DNA of 64,000 nt from an uncultured Gammaproteobacteria bacterium (lineage in GTDB: Bacteria; Patescibacteriota; Microgenomatia; CAZETR01; Amesbacteraceae), in assembly GCA_964543035.1 (NCBI GenBank), contig CAZIVL010000002.1:150948-214947 (forward strand), given 5' to 3'. The notes beneath the pieces were generated by a model. That model did no database searches, was not told the origin of the DNA, and saw nothing but the letters and a program-made list of their open reading frames with translations. This document shows, piece after piece, positions 1 to 9,782 of the stretch (positions are counted from its first letter, which is position 1; every line of letters begins with the position of its first letter). The position numbers and the translations under genes were made by a program.

Positions 1-957
1 TATGGAACGGCCCTGGAAGGCAATGATCTAACCATCGGGGAAGCCAAGATAATCGTGGAACAAAATGTGGAAGACCTGGCGGCGGCTACTGACGCAGGAG
101 TGGTAGCCCGAGACCGAGATGTGCAGGAAGTGATTAACTACCGAGACGTCTTAGAATACTTAGAGAGTGACAAAGTTACAAAGGGACAGAGGGGCATAGA
201 ATATACGAAAGAAATACTGTGTGAGATCCAAAGATTGGTAACTTATAGGATCGTACCAGCCGAGCAATCTGGTAAATACAGACAAACACAGGTGATACTA
301 AAAAATTCCCAAACTGGAGAGATCGGATTTCGCCCACCTAGCTTTCATGAAGTACCATTTCTCGTCGATGACTTTTTGCGGTGGCTGAACTCGGATTTTG
401 GGAAGAGGGAGCACCCGGTCCTGCGAGCAGGAATTGCCCATTATGTCCTGGCTGCCATTCACCCATTTGTAGAAGGCAACGGTAGGACAGCGAGGGCCTT
501 TGCCACACTGGTCATGCTGTCTGAAGGCTATGACATCAAGCGCTTGTTTGCTCTGGAAGAATATTTTGACAAAAACGCCTCGGATTATTTTGGCGCCCTT
601 ATGGAAGTGTCTAACCAATCGACACATCTGGAAGACCGAGACTTGACCTCATGGCTCACAGTGTTTACCCGCGCTCTGGCTATTGAGCTGACGCGAATCA
701 AAGAAAAGATCCGGGAACTGTCGGTCGATATCAAGATCAAGCAAAGAATGGGTAAACAGGTAGCGCTGTCTGAGAGGCAGATGAAGATAGTGGAGTATCT
801 GAACCAACACGGAGAGATTGCTATGGCGGGAGCCAGAAACCTGCTGTCTATGGTGTCTGAGGATACGATCCTGCGAGAACTCAAGGACCTGATGAATAAA
901 GATGTGATTGTGAAGAGGGGATCCACCAAAGCGGCGAAGTATGTGTTGAAGAAGTAG
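1..957 (+). CDS. Fic/Doc family protein (AMPylation-type Fic domain with C-terminal winged-helix); 5' end runs off the window
   Basis: Fic motif HPFVEGNGRTAR (HPFx[DE]GNGR) in translation; reading frame open to position 1, so partial. Confidence 0.8.
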   Translation, partial: YGTALEGNDLTIGEAKIIVEQNVEDLAAATDAGVVARDRDVQEVINYRDVLEYLESDKVTKGQRGIEYTKEILCEIQRLVTYRIVPAEQSGKYRQTQVILKNSQTGEIGFRPPSFHEVPFLVDDFLRWLNSDFGKREHPVLRAGIAHYVLAAIHPFVEGNGRTARAFATLVMLSEGYDIKRLFALEEYFDKNASDYFGALMEVSNQSTHLEDRDLTSWLTVFTRALAIELTRIKEKIRELSVDIKIKQRMGKQVALSERQMKIVEYLNQHGEIAMAGARNLLSMVSEDTILRELKDLMNKDVIVKRGSTKAAKYVLKK

Positions 958-1143
958 GTTTGGATGATTGCTCCGTGGATTCGGCACCCGTGTTTTGATC
1001 GTCCTCGACTCGACACCGCCGGTTCTCTGCGGGCGACAAAACAGGATGCCTCCATCTACTCGCAATCGGATTTGTGATGATCTGTTGCGAAATTCTGCCC
1101 GCAAAGTACATCCAAACCCATTTTTCTTTGTATAATCTGAAGT

Positions 1144-2871
1144 GTGAAATTTGCAAAACTAGCTGAGTATTTGGAAAAATTGGAGGGGACGAGCTCGAGA
1201 CTCGCCATGACTGAGATACTGGCGCAGCTTTATAAAGAAGCGGATTCTGATGAAATGCGGGAAGTGGTGTATCTGTGTCAGGGAAAGCTTGGGCCCGCTT
1301 ATAAATCACCGGATTTCGGTGTCGCGGATAAGATGATGCTGCGGGCGTTGGGTGAAAAAGCTACAGAACTTTTTAAAAAATATGGTGATTTGGGACTGGT
1401 TGTGGAAAGACTAAAGACTGAAAAAACTAAGGACCAAATAAATACTAAAGGACTAAATGTAAAACAGGTGTATGACAAGCTGTGGGAGATTGCAGAAGCA
1501 GGGGGGCTTGGGAGTCAGGAGAAAAAAATAATGTTAATTTGTGAATTGGTGAATCAGTTGGATCCGGTGGGAGCTAAGTTTGCCGTCAAAATGATCTTGG
1601 GAAAACTGAGATCTGGGTTTTCGGATATGACGGTCCTGGATGGACTGTCTTGGATGCTCACTGGAGGAAAGAGTCTACGAGCCAAGATAGAGGGACTATA
1701 TGATGTGCGGGCAGATTTGGGAGAACTGGCGAAGAAGATAAAAGAAAATGGCGGAATTGATGGATTAAAAGTAGAGCCGGTAGTGGGAACACCAATACTG
1801 ATGGCAAAAGCAGAACGGGCGACTACTGCGCAAGAGATCTGGGACCGAGAAGCTCGAGCCATGGAATATAAATTGGACGGATTACGTATACAAGCTCATA
1901 TAAAACCAAAGGGATCCCTCGACTCCGCTCGGGATGACAACCGCGTTATATTGTTTAGCAGGGGGATGGAGGATGTGACGAGTATGTATCCGGATATAGT
2001 GGAGGGACTGGCCAAGCAAATCAAAAAAGACTGCATCGTGGAGGGAGAGATGATTGCTCTGGGAAAAAAGGGAGAATTTTTGCCATTTCAGGAAACCACT
2101 CAGCGAAAACGCAAATACGATATCGATGAGATGAGGGACAAAATACCTCTGACAATATTTTTGTTTGACGTGTTAGTAGTTGAGAAGAGAAATGTGATGG
2201 GGGAGAGAAATGAGGACAGGCGAAAAATGCTGGAGGAGCTGGTAACTGGGTCTGGAAACGTGAAGCTAATCACCAGGAAAACAGCGAAAAATGTCTCTGA
2301 TATCGAGGACTTTTACAAACAAGCGATCGAGGATAGAACCGAGGGAATTATGGTCAAGCGCCTCTCTGGCCCGTATAAACCAGGGAGCAGAGACTTCAAC
2401 TGGATCAAATATAAAAAAAGTTATGACAAATCTGCACTACTCGACACCATTGACGCCGTGGTCATGGGGTATGACGTGGGACAGGGGAAGAGAACGGCTT
2501 TTGGAATCGGGGATTTTCTGATTGGAGTATATGAACCCAAGAGTGAAAAATATAAGACTATTGCCAAGATTGGGACAGGACTCACTGATGAGGAGTGGAA
2601 AAGAATTAAGACAACAGTTGATCAGTATTCCAGTTTCTCAGTCATGCCAGAAAGTTATGAAGTAAGTAAAGTAATGAATTGTGATGTGTGGGTGAAGCCA
2701 AAACTGGTGGTGGAGATCCTCGCAGATGAAATAACCAAGTCACCCATGCATAGCTCGGGGCTGGCACTAAGGTTTCCCAGACTCATCTCTTTTCGCGAAA
2801 AGAAGCCTGAGGATGCGACGACGACAGATGAGCTACGGATACTGTTTGACAAGCAGAGGGGAGAGGGATAA
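1144..2871 (+). CDS. lig: ATP-dependent DNA ligase (Lig1/LigB-type)
   Basis: Adenylation motif I KxDGxR as EYKLDGLRIQAH; GTG start 7 nt after TATAAT (1131-1136); length 575 aa. Confidence 0.85.
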   Translation: MKFAKLAEYLEKLEGTSSRLAMTEILAQLYKEADSDEMREVVYLCQGKLGPAYKSPDFGVADKMMLRALGEKATELFKKYGDLGLVVERLKTEKTKDQINTKGLNVKQVYDKLWEIAEAGGLGSQEKKIMLICELVNQLDPVGAKFAVKMILGKLRSGFSDMTVLDGLSWMLTGGKSLRAKIEGLYDVRADLGELAKKIKENGGIDGLKVEPVVGTPILMAKAERATTAQEIWDREARAMEYKLDGLRIQAHIKPKGSLDSARDDNRVILFSRGMEDVTSMYPDIVEGLAKQIKKDCIVEGEMIALGKKGEFLPFQETTQRKRKYDIDEMRDKIPLTIFLFDVLVVEKRNVMGERNEDRRKMLEELVTGSGNVKLITRKTAKNVSDIEDFYKQAIEDRTEGIMVKRLSGPYKPGSRDFNWIKYKKSYDKSALLDTIDAVVMGYDVGQGKRTAFGIGDFLIGVYEPKSEKYKTIAKIGTGLTDEEWKRIKTTVDQYSSFSVMPESYEVSKVMNCDVWVKPKLVVEILADEITKSPMHSSGLALRFPRLISFREKKPEDATTTDELRILFDKQRGEG

Positions 2872-2928
2872 CACCCCCCTAACTCCCTCTTACTTTAAGC
2901 GGGGGAAAATATATGATATATTAAATTT

Positions 2929-3246
2929 ATGGCAGCAGATAACACCAACGTAAAGTCCGCCCTGTGCTATGTGCCAGTGGCAGGAGGAATACTGAGTATC
3001 GTATTTTTGGTATTGGAATCGGACAACAAAGCTTTGAAGTGGCATGCAGTGCAATCCCTCATATTCATGTTGAGCGTGGCGGTTCTCAACTTTGCATTTG
3101 GAATGACTGGATTTCTAGCAGTTATGATCCCGGTTATTAATATCGCGGCGTTTGTAATCCAACTAGTAGTACTAGTTAAGACATATCAAGGAGAGAAACT
3201 GAATCTACCCCTCATTTCGGAGTGGACTGGTAAGCTGGTAAAATAA
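2929..3246 (+). CDS. small integral membrane protein (DUF4870-like)
   Basis: Two to three TM helices; conserved-looking N-terminal SALCYVPVAGG...ALKWHAVQS. Confidence 0.45.
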   Translation: MAADNTNVKSALCYVPVAGGILSIVFLVLESDNKALKWHAVQSLIFMLSVAVLNFAFGMTGFLAVMIPVINIAAFVIQLVVLVKTYQGEKLNLPLISEWTGKLVK

Positions 3247-3250
3247 GATA

Positions 3251-3760
3251 GTGAAGATAATAGTTGGTTTGGGGAATCCTGGTCCTGAGTATGCTATGAC
3301 GCGGCACAATGCGGGACTCATGTTTGTGAATGCTTTTGCTGAACAATTGCACAGTGAATACGGATGGAGAAAGCACTACGGAGTAGAAATATTTAAAACC
3401 CCGGATCTGGTGCTTGTGCGAAGTCACGAAGTATTTATGAATGAATCGGGACGGCTTGTAAAGGACGTAGTTGGTCAGTTCCCCAGTTTCTCAGTTGATC
3501 AGTTATGGATTGTGCATGATGATCTGGATATACGACTTGGTGAATATAAGGTGCAAAGGGGCATTGGGCCTAAGGTTCATGGCGGAGTAAATTCTGTAGA
3601 ACAAACTCTCGGGAACAAAGACTTTTGGCGGATCAGAATCGGAATAGAAAATAGACAAGTACCTGTGCCCGGTGAGGAATATGTATTACAAAAGTTTAGT
3701 CTCGAGGAAAAAAAGACAGTGGACGAGGTGATTATGAAGGTAATCGCAGAAATAGTATGA
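3251..3760 (+). CDS. pth: peptidyl-tRNA hydrolase
   Basis: N-terminal MKIIVGLGNPGPEYAMTRHNAG signature of Pth. Confidence 0.85.
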   Translation: MKIIVGLGNPGPEYAMTRHNAGLMFVNAFAEQLHSEYGWRKHYGVEIFKTPDLVLVRSHEVFMNESGRLVKDVVGQFPSFSVDQLWIVHDDLDIRLGEYKVQRGIGPKVHGGVNSVEQTLGNKDFWRIRIGIENRQVPVPGEEYVLQKFSLEEKKTVDEVIMKVIAEIV

Positions 3761-4038
3761 AGTCGCTCAGACAGGTGCTGGACGAGAAGAAGACTCCAGA
3801 AAAGAATAAATATATCTCTAGAGAATTTCAGGACTATGCTTATGGCCTGGCTGAGTCGCTAGGGGATAAAGAACATACTCCGATATATATGAGGCTTGCC
3901 AAGACTGTGGATAGGGCAATCCTCGAGCAGGCTCGCAGGTTTGTAGTAGACAGTAATGCTGCAAACCGGGGAGCTCTGTTTATGTGGAAGCTGAAGGAAT
4001 TGAGGGCTGCAAAAAAGAATACCAAAGAAAATGCGTAA
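3757..4038 (+). CDS. small basic hypothetical protein
   Basis: 93 aa ORF, 4-nt overlap with pth stop, same strand. Confidence 0.35.
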   Translation: MKSLRQVLDEKKTPEKNKYISREFQDYAYGLAESLGDKEHTPIYMRLAKTVDRAILEQARRFVVDSNAANRGALFMWKLKELRAAKKNTKENA

Positions 4039-4107
4039 TTGAAATGGATTGAAATATCTTTAAGATGTGGTAGTTTGGTAAGAAGTGTGTAAAGAACCTG
4101 CCAATAT

Positions 4108-5724
4108 ATGGGAGTAGAAGCTGGAACTAGTCATCCTGGGATTTTGAGATTTGTGGAATCTGAGGTTTTGAGGATGGCAGTACCTGGTGGACTTTCTTCT
4201 GAACTTCAGTTTATTCCAGCTGAACAGTTAAGTGGACGGGATTTGGAAGGGCGGATGCTTCGATTGGTCCGGAGAGAAGGACTGAAGGGGCATTTGGGAT
4301 TTTTTATGAGATCTAGAGGAAATGGGGGTCCGGGCCAGCCGGTCGGAGTTCCAATTGAGCTTCCAAACGATGATACAGAAAACTTTATTGGGGTATATAT
4401 TTATCACCCTGAAGATTTCAAGAATAAAGATGAAAAATATATTCAGAAACGCTTGAATGCGATGCGAGGCGTGTTGAAGAGAGCTGCGGATATGACACCC
4501 ACAGGATTTGATAGACATTTTTCTGACGGTTTTTTGGTTGTGACTAAAGAAGTGGTTGCAAATTGGAAAGAAAAGAAAAGAATGTTTCCTCTAATCTCGG
4601 AAATGGACTCCTCGTTGCATGACCCTGACCGATTGCTCGAAAGAAAACTGATTGCGGATCAGATGGGGGAGGAATTTATGAAAAGTTATATGCATGTGGT
4701 TTTGAGAGGAATCGCAATGCTTGGAGTTAGACCTTCGGAATTGGCTGACGATGAAACAAGGCCGATTCATGTAGTGGGGCAAGCCGTGAACGCTCTTTTG
4801 TATCCGTTTATACCTGAGGGATATGAACACATGCGGGAGTTTGTATCCAAAAGGGATCCAATATGTGTGTTTCCGGGAGCGACTGTAGGAGGACTGCGTT
4901 TGGATCCATGCGAAAGACCTCAACCGATGGGGGCCTATGATGCGATACATCACATGACCCATGATATTTCGACAAGACATTCAAGCGCCAATCTCCATCA
5001 TGTACTACCAAGAAAAGGGTTTATTTTGGAGGCAATTACGTATATACATCGTCAGGGATTACCGCCTGATTTTGACTCTAGGGATCTAGTAATGCTGATG
5101 TCTTATGCCAACCATGCAGAATATCTGGACGTGACCAAGCAGGATAATGCCAAGATATGGAAGGATGTTCCGGGAGTTATGAGGTTTATGGGGAGGTACG
5201 CCCCACTCATTGAAATGGCGATGAATGCTCCGAATAATATTGTGAGACTGTGCAGACCTTGTCATTATGACGCGATTCACTTTGATACAAGATACGACAT
5301 GGCTGTCGCCAAATTGCTTTATGAAATTGATAATGGAACTGTCAAGGTAAATGATGGTGGGTATGGTAGGGGGAACGTAGATGCACTAGTGCGAAGAGTA
5401 ATAAACCGGGAAGATGTGGATAAAAGAATGAAAAAGATTGAGGCTTTTAGGTGGGTTCAACTGGCAAGACTATTTGCTATAAACATGGGACGTCTGTATG
5501 TGGGGCCTAATATGGCAAGAAGACTTCACAACATTGCCGAATTTCGAACTGCTATGGCTCAAGATGAATTTTTGCGACAACAGGCTTGGGAAATTGTAGA
5601 ACGAGCCAATGGAGATGCGACCCCAGAGTTAAAGCGGCGGTTGCATAGTGTTCTAGAATCTGAGCCATATCCACAGCCAGAAAGAAGGTTGAAAATGAGG
5701 GATGACCCAGCGTCTACGGTCTAA
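4108..5724 (+). CDS. large hypothetical protein with weak C-terminal HNH-like motif (NIVRLCRPCHYDAIH)
   Basis: 538 aa uninterrupted ORF; only a partial N..LC..CH...H signature, no canonical HNH general-base His upstream. Confidence 0.5.
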   Translation: MGVEAGTSHPGILRFVESEVLRMAVPGGLSSELQFIPAEQLSGRDLEGRMLRLVRREGLKGHLGFFMRSRGNGGPGQPVGVPIELPNDDTENFIGVYIYHPEDFKNKDEKYIQKRLNAMRGVLKRAADMTPTGFDRHFSDGFLVVTKEVVANWKEKKRMFPLISEMDSSLHDPDRLLERKLIADQMGEEFMKSYMHVVLRGIAMLGVRPSELADDETRPIHVVGQAVNALLYPFIPEGYEHMREFVSKRDPICVFPGATVGGLRLDPCERPQPMGAYDAIHHMTHDISTRHSSANLHHVLPRKGFILEAITYIHRQGLPPDFDSRDLVMLMSYANHAEYLDVTKQDNAKIWKDVPGVMRFMGRYAPLIEMAMNAPNNIVRLCRPCHYDAIHFDTRYDMAVAKLLYEIDNGTVKVNDGGYGRGNVDALVRRVINREDVDKRMKKIEAFRWVQLARLFAINMGRLYVGPNMARRLHNIAEFRTAMAQDEFLRQQAWEIVERANGDATPELKRRLHSVLESEPYPQPERRLKMRDDPASTV

Positions 5725-5741
5725 TGTGATACGCTAAATAT

Positions 5742-6320
5742 GTGGCCGGGAAGAGAATAACTATTAAGTGGCTGAGGAAGCGAAAGATAGATGAGAAATA
5801 TATAAAGGGAATCTTGCTCGCGCTTGCGGTTGGAATGGGAGGCCTGGGGGGACAGAAGATGTATGACTATATAAATAAATCGGAATTTCCAGCTACTGGA
5901 ATCGTGAGAATAGTGGAGGATGGAGATACTTTTGAACTACAAAATGGCAAACGGGTGAGAATGGTGGGAATAAATGCGCCGGACCGGGGAGAAAAGGGAT
6001 ATGAAGAAGCCCGGGGACTATTGTCTAGCCTGATACTAAATAAAAGAGTATGGCTGGAATATGACAGATACCAAGATGATCAACATCAAAGAACACTCGC
6101 TTGGATATGGATTGCCTGTGAAGGGAATCCTAAATTTTTGGATAAAAACTATATGCACTTGAGTAAAAACCAATCTAGGGCCGGACTCACCGAAAACCCG
6201 GTGGGGTGTAAGAAGGGGAAGCTGGTGCAAGAGGAACTAGTCCGTGATGGAAAGGCCCGGGTGGAGACGTATAAAGACCGGGGGGAACTGAAGTATGAGG
6301 AGAGGATAAAAGACCTATAG
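5742..6320 (+). CDS. thermonuclease (staphylococcal nuclease, SNase) family protein with N-terminal membrane anchor
   Basis: VEDGDTFEL...RVRMVGINAPDRGEKGYEEARG matches the SNase DGDT / R-x-x-G-I-D-x-P-E region. Confidence 0.7.
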   Translation: MAGKRITIKWLRKRKIDEKYIKGILLALAVGMGGLGGQKMYDYINKSEFPATGIVRIVEDGDTFELQNGKRVRMVGINAPDRGEKGYEEARGLLSSLILNKRVWLEYDRYQDDQHQRTLAWIWIACEGNPKFLDKNYMHLSKNQSRAGLTENPVGCKKGKLVQEELVRDGKARVETYKDRGELKYEERIKDL

Positions 6321-6339
6321 CTTGGTATAATGCGCCCAT

Positions 6340-7356
6340 ATGGCGCAAATCTCTGAACTAAATAGGAAACAGTTATTGATTGAACAACATAAACTGTTGA
6401 TACCTGGCGATTTTCAGGAAGTGTTGGAGTTGATTTCTGAGCCGGATCCTAATATTGCTATAGGAATAAACCCCAAATTCATTCCACCAGTGACGTTGAA
6501 TGTAATGGTGGATAAGTCTGGGAAATATCTATTTTTGCCTGAAAGTTTGGGATATGCAGGACCTGAGGCAGAAATAATTGGGTCGGTGGCAGGTGGATGG
6601 CGGGTGATAAGAGCAGGACTAACATTGCAGGATCGAATTGTTTTTATCGATAGGGCCAAGTTGGGGAATGGGACGGCTTGGGAGCAGGGACTACAGCTAG
6701 ATGGCCCAAAGAGTGCACCAGAGTGGGCTGGGGTTGTAAGTCATCTGGCTCGGTTTGCTGTGGATGATCCAAATTATCCCAGAGGAAAAGCGCCAGCAAA
6801 AATAGTTCCAAGTGTAATTGTGCCACCACCAAGTCTTAGGCGGGCAATGGGTGAGGAATGGGGGAGTTATTCTGGAATGCCTTTGGAGTTACGAAAAATG
6901 CGAAGACATGAATTGAGCCATGTTGTTGAAATGAATTTGTTGCCTTGGCCACCTGAGAACGAGTTTGGGCCATGTGAGGGGTTGCCATCTGAGAATGGAG
7001 CAGTAGTGTTTGAGAAGATGATGGGGGAAAATGGAGCAACAATATTGGATGAAGAAGCAGTAGAAATTTGGAATGGAGTTAGGGGTAAAGGTCTCATGCC
7101 TAGGGGTTTAATTGGTGAGCTGCAAGCATATTTGGGTGATTCATTATTTTTTGCTCGTGAATTCGGATCAATAACTGGGGAGGATTTCCGAAGTTGGACC
7201 GAGAGTAGTTTGAAACAAGCTAGGGTTTTGCGAGCGATAAATGGAAATGTGAGAAATTATTTTGGAGCCGCTGTGGCACGTGATGTGATAACTCAGATTG
7301 GAGTGGAAGGAACCAGAGAATTTTTGAATGAGATATACGAGAGGATGGCAAGTTAA
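6340..7356 (+). CDS. hypothetical protein
   Basis: 338 aa ORF; TATAAT at 6326-6331, 8 nt before ATG (leaderless). Confidence 0.5.
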   Translation: MAQISELNRKQLLIEQHKLLIPGDFQEVLELISEPDPNIAIGINPKFIPPVTLNVMVDKSGKYLFLPESLGYAGPEAEIIGSVAGGWRVIRAGLTLQDRIVFIDRAKLGNGTAWEQGLQLDGPKSAPEWAGVVSHLARFAVDDPNYPRGKAPAKIVPSVIVPPPSLRRAMGEEWGSYSGMPLELRKMRRHELSHVVEMNLLPWPPENEFGPCEGLPSENGAVVFEKMMGENGATILDEEAVEIWNGVRGKGLMPRGLIGELQAYLGDSLFFAREFGSITGEDFRSWTESSLKQARVLRAINGNVRNYFGAAVARDVITQIGVEGTREFLNEIYERMAS

Positions 7357-7367
7357 GTAGTGAGAGA

Positions 7368-7763
7368 ATGAGTTGTGATAGAATTCGCACCATGTCGAAT
7401 GCAGAGCTTCACGTAGAGAGAGAAGACGTTTTACAAATTACTAGGACAGTTGTTGAATCCAATAATCCTACTAGAGTTGGATTAAATGATATAGATCTTG
7501 GGCTGGTTTGGAATATTTTGAGATCTGATCCAACAGAAGCTAGACCTGGTACTGCTAATGTGCATTGTAAGTTGCCACTTGGTAGAGAAAGAGTACCAAG
7601 TTCTCTGACGATGTATGTTGACGAAAGTAAGTCAGATCTAGCAAAAAGGACTGCAAGTTTGCCTAAGGTACAGAGATTTATTGATCGTATGACTGGAGAG
7701 ACAATTGAACGTAAAATTGAGATTGTGCCTAATGGTGGTCAGATGGCTATCGATTGGTCATAG
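7368..7763 (+). CDS. hypothetical protein
   Basis: 131 aa ORF co-directional with neighbours. Confidence 0.4.
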   Translation: MSCDRIRTMSNAELHVEREDVLQITRTVVESNNPTRVGLNDIDLGLVWNILRSDPTEARPGTANVHCKLPLGRERVPSSLTMYVDESKSDLAKRTASLPKVQRFIDRMTGETIERKIEIVPNGGQMAIDWS

Positions 7764-7782
7764 CAGATTTTTTGACAAATAA

Positions 7783-8283
7783 TTGGGGAGTGGTCATACT
7801 GAGTGGGTGAAGAGAAAAATCAATCTGTTTGCGACTGCACCGATTGCTGTAGTTTTGTTGATCAGGCTATTAATAATATTCTTGCGAACTGGATGGGGAG
7901 GATTTACATTTACTACTGCCTTACAGAATCTATGGATACTAGTGGGTTGGGTAGGGGGATGGTGGATATGGAACTTGGAAAGTAATGCTTGGGTGAAAAC
8001 TAATTGGCCGATTACTAAATATGCGCCGTTTCGAAACGTACTAGTCGTGACAATCGTTGCCGTCGTGGGCATCTGGGTGACGTCGTCGAGCCCTAGTATG
8101 CTGGCAACAGGCCTTGTATGGGGGATGGGGGCCAGAGCATTTTGGGAGATGTTGAAGAGCACCAACTTGTCCTCATGGTTTGCAGTATTTGCCAGAACAT
8201 TTACTGAAAAAGAGCAAAGAGCATATGTGTTTGGACTGGGAGTAGTCTTGCTAATTCAGGGCTGGCTATTAATTGGGTATTGA
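7783..8283 (+). CDS. Trp-rich polytopic membrane protein
   Basis: Four to five hydrophobic helices (LLIRLLIIFL, WILVGWVGGWWIW, VVTIVAVVGIWV, GVVLLIQGWLLIGY). Confidence 0.45.
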   Translation: MGSGHTEWVKRKINLFATAPIAVVLLIRLLIIFLRTGWGGFTFTTALQNLWILVGWVGGWWIWNLESNAWVKTNWPITKYAPFRNVLVVTIVAVVGIWVTSSSPSMLATGLVWGMGARAFWEMLKSTNLSSWFAVFARTFTEKEQRAYVFGLGVVLLIQGWLLIGY

Positions 8284-8292
8284 CAAGCAATT

Positions 8293-9774
8293 TTGAATAT
8301 AGCTAATATGATACTTGTGAAAAAGATTTTGGGATTGGTTCTGACATTGTTTGTAGTTTTTTCGTTTGTGGGAGTAGGTCGTGCAAATGCACAATGGCAA
8401 TGTAGTGTTAATAATGGTTTCTGTAACATTGGCGGATTTTGTAGATCTTGTGATAGAAATGCGGCTTGTGAAGCAAACGGTGATGGAAAAGATTATGCGT
8501 GTTGTATGGGTGTGGGTGAGGCAACTGGAGACCCAAATAATCCATGTCAGTGTAGATTAGATGCGGCTTGTGGCGGTAATCCTCAGCCAACGGTGGTTCC
8601 TCCAACACCGACTCCTTTAGTAAATGGTTATGTAAAAGGTGGTTATAGGTTGCAGCCTGGAAATGTAGCGATCGGTGAGACTCATTTTGGATCAGATCAA
8701 AATAAAATAAGTGTGTATCTGGATGAACAGGTGCAAGACATGTTGATCCCACACAACATAACTAGTGGCGGAATTGGTGACGGTACAACTAATTACACTT
8801 CTTTGGGGATTGTGACATGGAAGCTTTTGGATGCAGTTCCTGGTGCTTGGGCTGTCAGAAGCTCTGTTCCTTCTGGATATGCTGTTGGATATACTATTTG
8901 TTACAACAATACTCAGCGCGGTTGTCATGTGGTGCCGACTGGTCAGCCGGTGCCTAATATGGGTAATAGAGTAGTTTTAGATGAACAAACTATGTTGGCT
9001 ACTAGGGTTAATGGAGTAGGAGATGGATCTGTGGAAGTATTTTGGCATTATTGTAAAAATCAAGCTCCAGGCGGACTTCGAGTCAGTCCTGAACTGGCTT
9101 GTGGTCAAACAGGTGCACAAACAGTTATGTGGGATGGTCTCGCTGGTACTGTCACTTATCAACTAAGAATTGATAATGGCGGAAATTGGACTGGAGATGT
9201 AAATGGCGACGGTCAATGTGATTTTCAAGGCCTTGGCGGAGATGGTGACTATTGCGTAGATAACATTCCGGCTACTGTGAGTCCGTCATATGTAATTGCA
9301 AGTCCTGGACTGCCCTCTGGTAAGACATATAGAATTTGGGTGCACGCTATCAATCAGTGTGGAGGGGGAACGACTGTATCAACTCAGATCAATTACGCAC
9401 GAACATGTCCAAGCCCCACAGTTCCTGTACCCAGCGCTACTGGCACCGCGGTATCTTGTCAAAACATAACTGTGTGGAAAAACGGAGTAAGACTGGTGGA
9501 ACCATATGCCGCAATCGCTTTGAACGACAGAATTGATTTTAAAGCTGCTGTGGCTTCATCTAGGTCAGTATCTAAGATTTATTACCAAGTTACGAAGGGG
9601 ACTAATAGACCACAAAGAATTGGTGTTAGCGCATTTTGTCCTGCAGGTGGTACTACTCGTAATCAGTACACTGCGACTTTGAACCTATTGCAAGATGTTT
9701 CTGGATCATATAACGTTAAATATGACGGAGTGGACTACGGTACATGTATGCCACTTGTTACTTTGGTTCCATAA
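8293..9774 (+). CDS. secreted Cys-rich protein (signal peptide, N-terminal Cys knot-like module, Pro/Thr linker)
   Basis: Signal peptide ...VGVGRANA; 12 Cys in first 60 mature residues; PTVVPPTPTP linker. Confidence 0.6.
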   Translation: MNIANMILVKKILGLVLTLFVVFSFVGVGRANAQWQCSVNNGFCNIGGFCRSCDRNAACEANGDGKDYACCMGVGEATGDPNNPCQCRLDAACGGNPQPTVVPPTPTPLVNGYVKGGYRLQPGNVAIGETHFGSDQNKISVYLDEQVQDMLIPHNITSGGIGDGTTNYTSLGIVTWKLLDAVPGAWAVRSSVPSGYAVGYTICYNNTQRGCHVVPTGQPVPNMGNRVVLDEQTMLATRVNGVGDGSVEVFWHYCKNQAPGGLRVSPELACGQTGAQTVMWDGLAGTVTYQLRIDNGGNWTGDVNGDGQCDFQGLGGDGDYCVDNIPATVSPSYVIASPGLPSGKTYRIWVHAINQCGGGTTVSTQINYARTCPSPTVPVPSATGTAVSCQNITVWKNGVRLVEPYAAIALNDRIDFKAAVASSRSVSKIYYQVTKGTNRPQRIGVSAFCPAGGTTRNQYTATLNLLQDVSGSYNVKYDGVDYGTCMPLVTLVP

Positions 9775-9782
9775 TAAGTAAT

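Noticed and set aside
957-1143. Nested stem-loops (CTGCGGGC…GCCCGCAG enclosing TCGCAA…TTGCGA) between the Fic and ligase genes as a riboswitch
   Set aside because: The structure lies upstream of the ligase -10 box, so it is not in that mRNA. It is not followed by a U-tract and is more likely just the Fic 3' UTR structure.
297-1309. Long antisense ORFs (109-156 aa) opposite the Fic gene, and similar antisense ORFs opposite murC, murE, leuS and radA
   Set aside because: They overlap strongly supported genes on the other strand and have no motifs, so they are six-frame artefacts.
5269-5283. HNH nuclease call for the 538-aa protein
   Set aside because: Only the C-terminal LCRPCH...H fragment of the motif is present, and no general-base His/Asn spacing was recognisable. 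It is left as 'weak motif' rather than an annotation.
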